NCBI GenBank assembly: GCA_018652595.1
Contig: JABIBU010000008.1
Span: 1 to 62,420 of the forward strand
Direction: 5' to 3'
Origin: Candidatus Magasanikiibacteriota bacterium
GTDB lineage: Bacteria > Patescibacteriota > Patescibacteriia > Magasanikbacterales > UBA922
Length of the DNA stretch: 62,420 nucleotides
Positions within the stretch are counted from its first letter, which is position 1. Every line of letters begins with the position of its first letter. Positions 26,310 through 34,521 of this stretch are shown here, one piece after another. The notes beneath the pieces are model-generated. The model saw only the letters and a program-made list of their open reading frames with translations. It was not told where the DNA came from and did not search any database. The position numbers and the translations under genes were made by a program.

Positions 26310-29300
26310 TTAGTTGGACTCTAGAACTTCACTACCAAATCTAAATGCTCTGGTAACTGGGACAAAGAAAGAAACAAAATCTTCCCAAAGATCTACACCC
26401 AGACTAACTCTACCCCCACGAACAGCCTCTGCTACAGTTATTCTAACCGAAGAGCAATTGTTGGTCTCATCTGTTTCAACTATTACGTCTAGTGCGTCAG
26501 AACATACCTGTGCAGTGTAATCACCTGCTGTAGCCGGCCATACAGAGCTCCAAGTCAAAGATTGACTAGCTCCGCTTACAATAGTCCTAGTAGACAAAGA
26601 ACCCTGAAGTCTTCCGTCTATATATAGGTAAGCGGTAGAAGCACCGGCATCACCCTCGGCCTGATTGTAAATCGTAGCATAAAAAGTCACGCTATCGCCA
26701 TCTGTCACAGAAGCCGGATCATAAGTAAGTGAAGTGATAGTAAGATCTGGATTCCTTGTGACCTCCTCCGGCTCTGGATCTGGCTCTCGTGGCGTACAAC
26801 TTTGTGTTTGGTCTGGTGTAGCCGAGCGATCATTCTCACAATCATAGCTCATTCTACAAGTTCGAGTCTGCTCACCAGAGTCTGAACAATCTGACCAATC
26901 TTCACATTCCCAAGTATCTTCTGTACATGTTGGCGCACATGATTGTCTAGTGTCTGGCGAAGGAGTACTTGCATAACGACAATCATCACTCATTCGACAG
27001 GTTCTATCCTGAGTACCAGATTCTGAACAATCACTCCAATCACCACACTCCCAAGTATCTTCTGTACATGTTGGCGTACAACTCTGTGTCTGTGTTGGTG
27101 TTGCTGTGCGAGCAGTAGGACAATCATAACTCATTCGACAAGTACGTGTTTGTTCGCCTCTTTCGGAACAATCTGACCAGTCTGCACATTCCCAAGTATC
27201 TTCGGTACATCTAGTCTCTTCTACTATTACAGTAGGCTCTTCTTCTCTCACATCTCGTTCGACTGGCTCGTCTACCCTGATTTCTTCAGTAGCCTCTCGA
27301 ACATCTTCGGTTGTGCGACGAACTTCAGTAGTCGCATCTTCTGTGTTATGTGTAGCAGAATCTCCTGTTGTTTCAGGCTCCTCATAAGTTCTCGCTTCTT
27401 CTCTAGCTTCTGTTTCAGGCTCTCTTGTGGTGGTTTCACGGTCACTATCCACTTCCGCATGAGTTGCACTTCCTGACTCATCCGACAAGGTCTCATCCAC
27501 AGCCTCAGCTGTAGTACCAACACGAGCGGTCCTAATACAATCAGTACCTAATAGATGATGATATTCAAGATTATTACCCTTTGCTATCTGAACCCTCTCT
27601 CCATCCTTGGCCCAGCCAGCTATCCCATCTTCTATCAACCATACAAATCCATCGCCATAGGAAACACAAACTGTGTTTTCTGGTCTAGAGCTACAATCCC
27701 TTGTAAAAGAATCTTGCTCAACAAAACCACTAGGACAAGAGTATGATTCTATAACATCTCTTCCTGAAGTACTAGCTAGTGGCAATCCTTCTTCCTCACG
27801 CCTTTCTTCTACATCCTGTTCCAATTTCTGTCTTACTTCCCTAACAGAAGCAGATAACTCAGAACCAATTCTACTCTCAACATCTCTTATTACGCGCACA
27901 CTTCCTTCACTCTCATCTGAAGTAGTACCTAAAATTTCTCTTATGGCTTCTCCTCTATCGCGCTCTCTTACTTCTTCAATTTTATTTTCAATACGACTAA
28001 TGACCCTATCTCTAGAAGACTCAATTTCTTCTATAACCGCTTCGTCTACAACCGCTCTATCTCTTACTCTATCTTCCAGATCATTTAACACTTTCATATT
28101 ATTAACCTCGTTTCCAGAAGCCCCAACATAATCCCTCAACAAACTACTATCAATCTTTGCCAATTCAACAACTTGTTTTTCTAATCTACGACCATACTGC
28201 TCTTTTAAATCTCTAAGTGTGTCCCTAGTGGCTTCTGATGGCCCAGACTGTTCCATTGCTTCTAAAATTTCCAAATTACGCACAGAACTTATTGGATTTT
28301 TACTAACATTCATTGCAACCTCAAACACCCTTCTCACTTCTCTAGGATCTTCGATAGCTTCAGCATTTGCCTTTATATCCTCCAAAGCAACTCTTCTAGC
28401 TTCTCTTACTCTATCTAATCTGTCTACAGGCGCTTCTCTTTCTACTTTACCCAAAAGCACTTGCTCTTTTAATGTCAAACGCATAGCTAGGACCCTCAAT
28501 CGCATTGCTTTTTCCGCATCATTCTTTTCTACTTTAGTTAATGTCTTTTGTAATTTTTCTACATCTCTTCTATATCTGCGCATATGCTTAGCAGCCGTAT
28601 CAGGGTCAACTAACTTAGCTTCTAGCATTTTTTCAGCGGCATAACGCATTCTAAGCTTTGCCTTTTTCTCTTTATCAAAAGTTAGCCAAGAACGAACACC
28701 TTTTCCGGCTAGCTTAAACACATAAAGAGGATTGTCTGGCAATATCTTTGGGTTAAGGGCCTTATTTATCTTACCTAATTTATTTACTTGTTCACCATAA
28801 TTATATCCGTAGCCATATCCTCCACCTGAACCACTACTGCCAGCATAATAACCATAACCATAAAAATCAGACCCTTGTTCATCACCATAATAACCATAGC
28901 CGTATCCTACACCACCTCCGAAAGTTATATCACCAACAAGATCTCCTGCATTAAAACAGACCTGCCCACCTTCTGGAATGGACTCTAATACCTCTGGGTC
29001 TATATCACTTACCACTCCTGTGACACTTTCAAACCAACTATAATAAACATCTTCACTTGGTATTTCATACTTATATCCACCATATAGATAATAAACTTTT
29101 GGTGTCAAAACAGATGTTACGACTGTGCCATCAAAATTAGTGTCTGTTAACTGCAATAAATCAACACAACGACCTAAATATTCATCTTCTAAATCTACTA
29201 TCTCTCCTGCCAAATCTTCAGCAGCATCTTGTTCTTCTTGATCAATCAATTCCTCTGCCGACATGTCTACATCCAACGGATATATATTAATCACATTATT

Positions 29301-30509
29301 AGACTGATTAATATCGTTTGATGTCACTATAAACAATTGTAAATAATCCCAATTAGTAACGTATTGTGTCAACCAATCATAGAAATTGCTATAATCATTA
29401 AAATTACTATCAAGCATAAAACTATAATAACCATTACCCAGAACATCCAAATCTGTGCCGGCAATTTGATAATCATTACCTACCTTGAAACAGTCCGCTC
29501 CTTCTTGATCAGGACAATTATATTTCCTAACATTAACATAAAGATTACTTAAATCTACAGATCCACTGTCTAGATTATTTATACTAAAAGCTAAATAATT
29601 ATAAGTTAAAATCATTGCATCAAATTTCCAATCAACGAAAGCTAGGGTTGAGGTAGGAGCAGCTACACAGTGACCATTAGGCAAACAAGTATGATCTTGG
29701 GGGCAATCCATTTCTTCACTAAATAAAACATTATCTTCACAAAAGAATTCTTTAACACCAGTAGCTTTGCCATCTACCCAATTAATACAACCATCATAAT
29801 TATTGTTGTTTATATAGACTCCATCTTCATTGTATCCCAAAGCATACCCTTGTTCTAGCAAATTAATGCCACCATCACTATCATAACAATCTGGGGTTGA
29901 AGTTGGGGTAGCTGCACAACGACCATTCTCACATCCATCATCACATTTTATATAATTTTGATCAAACAGATTATTTTCATTACAGTAATTTTCAAGTAAA
30001 AAATCCTCTGAACAGCTATCAGTCGCCACGGTAGAAGAAACTACAATACCGTCCACATAAATATCTAAAGATGTTACACCAGTAACAAATTCATTAATAC
30101 CATTATCGCTGTCTTGGCAAATAATCGAAATATCATTATAGTCGGTACATATACCGGATATGCATACATCATCACCCTCACAAACAAATGTTGATGCACT
30201 TGATTTATTATCATCTTTACAAAAATAATCCCGGGCAACCTTTTGTAAACCATTAGTTTTACCATAAAACTGACCGTCTTTGTGGCTTCCACATGAATCA
30301 TAACTTATATAGCTAGACTCTACCCCATCAACATCTTTAAACACTTCCACCTCTCCAAATGAATTAAAATTATTCTGACCATCTGAATCAGTACAATCAA
30401 GATAAGTCGTAACAGCCTGAGCTGTCGAGCCAGTTAATAAAAAACCGCAAGCCAAAACAAAAAGACCCACGATCAAAGTCGCCCTACCGATAAAATTACG
30501 ATTAACCAT
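26310..30509 (-). CDS. 1399-aa secreted mosaic surface protein (Cys-rich CxDSD repeats, DUF5667-like, coiled coil, 3 TSP1-like repeats, CARDB)
   Basis: Signal peptide; three C.DSD.G repeats; G/Y-rich linker; ILPDNPLY.FK; three CTEDTWEC.DWSDCS..G.Q.RTC repeats; PDL.I...CARDB with E.DE.NN. Confidence 0.8.
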   Translation of the reverse strand: MVNRNFIGRATLIVGLFVLACGFLLTGSTAQAVTTYLDCTDSDGQNNFNSFGEVEVFKDVDGVESSYISYDSCGSHKDGQFYGKTNGLQKVARDYFCKDDNKSSASTFVCEGDDVCISGICTDYNDISIICQDSDNGINEFVTGVTSLDIYVDGIVVSSTVATDSCSEDFLLENYCNENNLFDQNYIKCDDGCENGRCAATPTSTPDCYDSDGGINLLEQGYALGYNEDGVYINNNNYDGCINWVDGKATGVKEFFCEDNVLFSEEMDCPQDHTCLPNGHCVAAPTSTLAFVDWKFDAMILTYNYLAFSINNLDSGSVDLSNLYVNVRKYNCPDQEGADCFKVGNDYQIAGTDLDVLGNGYYSFMLDSNFNDYSNFYDWLTQYVTNWDYLQLFIVTSNDINQSNNVINIYPLDVDMSAEELIDQEEQDAAEDLAGEIVDLEDEYLGRCVDLLQLTDTNFDGTVVTSVLTPKVYYLYGGYKYEIPSEDVYYSWFESVTGVVSDIDPEVLESIPEGGQVCFNAGDLVGDITFGGGVGYGYGYYGDEQGSDFYGYGYYAGSSGSGGGYGYGYNYGEQVNKLGKINKALNPKILPDNPLYVFKLAGKGVRSWLTFDKEKKAKLRMRYAAEKMLEAKLVDPDTAAKHMRRYRRDVEKLQKTLTKVEKNDAEKAMRLRVLAMRLTLKEQVLLGKVEREAPVDRLDRVREARRVALEDIKANAEAIEDPREVRRVFEVAMNVSKNPISSVRNLEILEAMEQSGPSEATRDTLRDLKEQYGRRLEKQVVELAKIDSSLLRDYVGASGNEVNNMKVLNDLEDRVRDRAVVDEAVIEEIESSRDRVISRIENKIEEVRERDRGEAIREILGTTSDESEGSVRVIRDVESRIGSELSASVREVRQKLEQDVEERREEEGLPLASTSGRDVIESYSCPSGFVEQDSFTRDCSSRPENTVCVSYGDGFVWLIEDGIAGWAKDGERVQIAKGNNLEYHHLLGTDCIRTARVGTTAEAVDETLSDESGSATHAEVDSDRETTTREPETEAREEARTYEEPETTGDSATHNTEDATTEVRRTTEDVREATEEIRVDEPVERDVREEEPTVIVEETRCTEDTWECADWSDCSERGEQTRTCRMSYDCPTARTATPTQTQSCTPTCTEDTWECGDWSDCSESGTQDRTCRMSDDCRYASTPSPDTRQSCAPTCTEDTWECEDWSDCSDSGEQTRTCRMSYDCENDRSATPDQTQSCTPREPDPEPEEVTRNPDLTITSLTYDPASVTDGDSVTFYATIYNQAEGDAGASTAYLYIDGRLQGSLSTRTIVSGASQSLTWSSVWPATAGDYTAQVCSDALDVIVETDETNNCSSVRITVAEAVRGGRVSLGVDLWEDFVSFFVPVTRAFRFGSEVLESN
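26790..27215 (-). repeat. Intragenic 141-bp (47-aa) tandem repeat, 3 copies
   Basis: CCCAAGTATCTTC recurs near 26909, 27050 and 27191. Confidence 0.85.
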
Positions 30510-30712
30510 ATATTTTAGTTAATTTTTATTATAAATTATTATACAGCTATTTTAACACAAATTTCAAAAGACAACAACACCAAAAACAACCAAAGCACAC
30601 AGACCAACACCAAAAGACACAACTACTAATTCTACATACTCAAAACTTTTAAATTTATCTTTCTCAAAAAGATACACCAAACTCAACCCCAATAAAAAAA
30701 TAATTAAAAAAC

Positions 30713-32098
30713 TCATAAATTTACTCTCAATAAAAACCTATTTATATAAACACCTTCAGAACCTAAATTAAAATTAGTACCTCCCCTATAAATATACATT
30801 GGTGACATGTCATATTCTTTTAGCATTTCCAATCTTACCTCATTGTTTCCAGTATACCAAAACTTATTCCACTCTTCCTTGTTCCACTGATTATATTCAA
30901 AAAGCCCAGGCGCAATAACCTTTTTATCAGAATAACCATAGAGCCATGGAGAATATTTACTGTTTATGGACACTATATAATCGCTATCAGTCACCAAATC
31001 AGGAATGCTTTTTATCGACTCTAGTTCAGCTGGATAAATCAAAGGCTTCTTATTTACTACATGAATAGTTGCCCTACCTAGACAAACAACCACTAATAGA
31101 ACAATTCCTATATGGATCAAAAGACGATGTTTTTTGCCTCTCACCTTTTCCCATACATCTCGCAAAAAGACAGCCACAAATATTATTAAAGCCAAATCAA
31201 CAAAAACAAAAAAACGACGATAAAAGACCATCTTAAACAAAATTAATAAAATATTAACCAGTAAAAAAATGGTAAGTAGTTTTTGCTTTTTAAAATATCT
31301 TACTAGCCCAACCAAACCAAAAGGTAAATAAAAGGCGCTATATCTCAACCAATCACCCCAGCCAATGAACTGCCCAGTAAACTCATGATATCCAGCTTGG
31401 GCAAAATTCTCAGCCAACCCCCTGTAATGAAGAAAATCTTGAGCATAAACCAAAAGCTCTCTCCAATTCAAAACTAATAACAAAATAAAAGATGTTCCAC
31501 CGCTGATAAATAAAAATTTTCTAGTCTTTTTGTCTGCGAAAAATAAATAAACTATCAAACTTAGACCCAGAGGAATCAATGATAGGGGGTGAATTATTCC
31601 TATTGCCAGTAATATGAGAATTAATAAATAAGAACGATAGTGAATAAACAAAAAAGCTAGTAAAATAAAAAACAATGTCAAAAACTGACGGTAGTAATAC
31701 CACCAAAAAAATTCAAACTGGACTATAGAGGAAACAAATAATAAAACAGCGAGCAATGCAACTAACGCACTTTGAAAGTATTTTTTTACTACAATATACA
31801 GAGCAAGCAAAATAAAAACTGATATTAACAAATACCAGCCAAACATTATTGTGTATACACTATCCCCAAAAAGCATCAACCAATTGGAAAAAGCTGAAAA
31901 ACCAAAAGGTATGACACCTGGTGAATTAAAATAACCCAGAATATGATGTCGATAAATACCTGTATCATAGCCAAATCCAGCCATGCCGTATTCAAACCAC
32001 ATCCACAAATGGGTAAAGAGATAAAAAAACAAGCCAAAGCCTAGAATTAGGTATTCTTGCCAAGATTGTAATTTACTTTTTTTAAACAAGCCAAGCAT
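30713..32098 (-). CDS. Multi-TM GT-C-type glycosyltransferase-like membrane protein
   Basis: About 11 TMs; early loop GYDTG.Y; C-terminal soluble domain with W.Y..S; own promoter TTGCTA-17-TAAAAT near 32121-32149. Confidence 0.6.
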   Translation of the reverse strand: MLGLFKKSKLQSWQEYLILGFGLFFYLFTHLWMWFEYGMAGFGYDTGIYRHHILGYFNSPGVIPFGFSAFSNWLMLFGDSVYTIMFGWYLLISVFILLALYIVVKKYFQSALVALLAVLLFVSSIVQFEFFWWYYYRQFLTLFFILLAFLFIHYRSYLLILILLAIGIIHPLSLIPLGLSLIVYLFFADKKTRKFLFISGGTSFILLLVLNWRELLVYAQDFLHYRGLAENFAQAGYHEFTGQFIGWGDWLRYSAFYLPFGLVGLVRYFKKQKLLTIFLLVNILLILFKMVFYRRFFVFVDLALIIFVAVFLRDVWEKVRGKKHRLLIHIGIVLLVVVCLGRATIHVVNKKPLIYPAELESIKSIPDLVTDSDYIVSINSKYSPWLYGYSDKKVIAPGLFEYNQWNKEEWNKFWYTGNNEVRLEMLKEYDMSPMYIYRGGTNFNLGSEGVYINRFLLRVNL

Positions 32099-32185
32099 AG
32101 TAATAATTAATTACCTACTTATTTTACTAATTTTGGCTTATTTTAGCAAGTCATAGCATGTTAGGCACGACGAAGTGAATACTAG

Positions 32186-32286
32186 CTCCCAGACCAGGGC
32201 TCGCCATAAAATAGAGCTCCACTTCGACAAACTAAGTGTCCCTCACTTCAAGGCAAAAACCTGGAACCTATGCGTTAACAATCCCG
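32186..32286 (-). pseudogene. tRNA-Asn 3' remnant with a 54-nt insertion in the T-loop
   Basis: TT-GTT-AA..TAGGTT-CCAGG-TT-[32257-32204]-CGAGC-CCTGG-TCTGGGA-G. Confidence 0.7.
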
Positions 32287-32293
32287 ACAAAAG

Positions 32294-32365
32294 CTCCTTG
32301 GGCAGGATTCGAACCTGCAACATCGGCATTAACAGTGCCGCGTTCTACCATTGAACTACCAAGGA
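32294..32365 (-). tRNA. tRNA-Asn(GTT)
   Basis: TCCTTGG/CCAAGGA acceptor, CGGCA-CT-GTT-AA-TGCCG, GCAGG-TTCGAAT-CCTGC; CCA not encoded. Confidence 0.96.
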
Positions 32366-32371
32366 ACACTT

Positions 32372-32432
32372 GTCGTGATTCTACCAATTGCCACCCTACG
32401 GGTGGTCAGCCTTGGGCTGAAACTACCTCGGA
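32372..32432 (-). pseudogene. tRNA-Asn-like 5' remnant with a 30-nt double-hairpin insertion in the D-arm
   Basis: TCCGAGG-TA-GTT-[TCAGCCCAAGGCTGA CCACCCGTAGGGTGG]-CAATTGGTAGAAT-CACGAC. Confidence 0.7.
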
Positions 32433-32436
32433 ATAT

Positions 32437-32590
32437 AAACAAAAACACCCGTTTTAGCGGGTGTAATTAATGTTTTTACTAAGAGAAAAACTACACTCCG
32501 CTTTCGGGTGAATTATTATTACTATTATTATTTTTCACGTGTAATCTTATCATATAATTGTATTATAGCACATTTTAGCCATTTTGTCAA
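32437..32590 (-). promoter_or_regulatory. sigma70 promoter plus ribosome-mediated attenuator upstream of tRNA-Asn
   Basis: TTGACA(32590-32585)-17-TGn-TATAAT(32567-32562); alternative helices 1:2, 2:3, 3:4; terminator ACACCCG-CTAAAA-CGGGTGT plus U-tract. Confidence 0.7.
32491..32553 (-). CDS. Putative Asn-rich leader peptide MIRLHVKNNNSNNNSPESGV
   Basis: 20 codons with six AAT; ATG about 2 nt from the predicted TSS; stop codon overlaps attenuator segment 2. Confidence 0.65.
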   Translation of the reverse strand: MIRLHVKNNNSNNNSPESGV

Positions 32591-32641
32591 GGACCACTAA
32601 TCTTAACACGAATCAACACAAATATCTAAATACGAAAATTT

Positions 32642-33262
32642 TTAAAAAATAAAACAATTTTTCCAATCCTCCACCTTCCTCTCAGTCTGAAACACTAAGT
32701 AATTATAAATCTTATCGTGCACTCTTTTTTGTTCATCACCCTCAAAATGCAAATTGTTTATCAATTCCCAGCTACCGTGTGATAGAATCTCTAAATCTTT
32801 TTTTATTTCCTCACTTCTCAAATCTGAAGACAAAATATCAAAACCGAGCAAAGTTAGAAGTTTTACTACATAGCCACCAACCAGCATTGATTTAAACTGA
32901 TTTAAACTGACGTGTTCTAGCCAAGTTTTCAGCAGCTGAAAAATCCTCTCATCCACTTCACCACCATGAACCAGCTTGTCTGTCAGGCTAACTATATAAC
33001 TTGCTGATAAACTTTTTTGCAGATCTTTTCTAATTTCTGAAAAATAATTTATTGGCTGGACTTTGGTAAGGTGATCTATTTCTTTACCAGGTACTATTTC
33101 TACTTCAACGAAAGAAAACGGCTCAAGATGAGCCGAATTCTTACTAGTTATTTTTTTTACTCCTCGTGCGAGAACTTCTTGCTTACCTTTTTCTAATGTA
33201 TAGAGTGAAATTATCTGATCTGATTCGCGGAAGTCACGACGGTAGAGGATGATTGTTTGCAT
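32642..33262 (-). CDS. recO: DNA repair protein RecO (probable start 33262)
   Basis: IIL.RRDFRESDQIISLYT.E.GK..VLARGVKKI.SK...HLEPF. Confidence 0.9.
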   Translation of the reverse strand: MQTIILYRRDFRESDQIISLYTLEKGKQEVLARGVKKITSKNSAHLEPFSFVEVEIVPGKEIDHLTKVQPINYFSEIRKDLQKSLSASYIVSLTDKLVHGGEVDERIFQLLKTWLEHVSLNQFKSMLVGGYVVKLLTLLGFDILSSDLRSEEIKKDLEILSHGSWELINNLHFEGDEQKRVHDKIYNYLVFQTERKVEDWKNCFIF

Positions 33263-33293
33263 ATTTAAACATTGAAACTTAAAATCCAAAATC

Positions 33294-34505
33294 CTATCTA
33301 GATTTATTCATAAAATAGCTTACAAATCCTATTGCATCTCCATATTCTCCACTCATCCTACCAATCATTCGTGAGTTAGGCATGTCACCTTTCTTTTCTT
33401 GTATAACCTCCAAAAAAATATCTTTTGCTAATTCTGACAGATTATCTGACTTCAAAAAGGAAAATTTAGACATTTCTGCATTCACTTCTTCTTTATCCAC
33501 GACATCACCCGAAATACGCGCTTTTCCAAGTACAATGATCTGATCTACAATCTTGGTCATTATATCACGAGCAATGCTCTCCATTTCAATACCAGCTTTT
33601 TCATATATTTTATCTATATCAAAATCTAAATTCTTTTGCATAGATCTCAAGCTCTTGTCTGCCTCAAACATGTACGCGTAATCTTGGCTAGCCCTTTCCA
33701 AATCAACTATTTTTGAAATAACTTTTCCCGCATCACAATCTATTTTATTTTCCTTAATTTTTTTGAGTAAATTGTCTAGAAGTCCTTTGACACCACCCCC
33801 AATAACTTGATCTATGACATCATCTACAGCCATCTTACCTTCTTTTATAGAATCTAAATAAGATTCTATTACAGCCATGTCTTCTATGTCACTTCTTACT
33901 ATATCACCCACATTATTTTTCTGTTCTGACACCATAACAGTAGCAGATATACCCTCAAATCGATCTACTGAAACACCAGCCATAGTTGTATTTACAATTA
34001 TTCGCAAATCAACTTGATTGTCAGGATTATCTTCGTTCCATTTTGTCACCGCCTCACCTAAAAATATCATAGATTCTTCTCCATTCCCACCAAAAGGCAT
34101 ACCACGATTTTCCGTTGGTATCTCCATATCTTCAATAACCATAAGGACTCCTCCAGCACTAGACTCTATCAACGCAGGAGCCTTCTCTTTCACATCCGAA
34201 AGATTAGTGAAACTAAGAATTTCAGCATCCTGTCCACTTTCAGGCATAACACCCTTTAGAGAAGCTGTTGATTTCATAATAGCACTCGGGTCATCTTCCA
34301 CTATAAAAATTGTAGTTTTATCCCAGACTCTCTGTTTACATACTTCTAATTCCGCTGGATCCAGACCCTCTTGTTCTAATCCTGCCAAAGCCTCACCTGC
34401 TTCCCCTTCTTGATCAGTAAGTCTCTGCTGTTGGGCTAATTGCTCTGGACTTAAACCTTCCTTGCTCGTATCTTCTTGTTTATTTTTCTCTTCTTCTGTT
34501 ACCAT
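33294..34505 (-). CDS. Hypothetical 403-aa protein with a receiver-like domain
   Basis: IFIVEDDP...LMVIEDMEIP...IIVNT pattern after an acidic N-terminus. Confidence 0.6.
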   Translation of the reverse strand: MVTEEEKNKQEDTSKEGLSPEQLAQQQRLTDQEGEAGEALAGLEQEGLDPAELEVCKQRVWDKTTIFIVEDDPSAIMKSTASLKGVMPESGQDAEILSFTNLSDVKEKAPALIESSAGGVLMVIEDMEIPTENRGMPFGGNGEESMIFLGEAVTKWNEDNPDNQVDLRIIVNTTMAGVSVDRFEGISATVMVSEQKNNVGDIVRSDIEDMAVIESYLDSIKEGKMAVDDVIDQVIGGGVKGLLDNLLKKIKENKIDCDAGKVISKIVDLERASQDYAYMFEADKSLRSMQKNLDFDIDKIYEKAGIEMESIARDIMTKIVDQIIVLGKARISGDVVDKEEVNAEMSKFSFLKSDNLSELAKDIFLEVIQEKKGDMPNSRMIGRMSGEYGDAIGFVSYFMNKSR

Positions 34506-34521
34506 ATATTTTAGTTTAAGA

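Noticed and set aside
26790-27215. Regularly spaced repeats suggesting a CRISPR array
   Set aside because: 141-bp in-frame coding repeats of TSP1-like domains; no unique spacers and no cas genes.
32530-32545. parS-like TTTTCACGTGTAAT
   Set aside because: Four mismatches to TGTTTCACGTGAAACA, and it lies within the leader-peptide codons.
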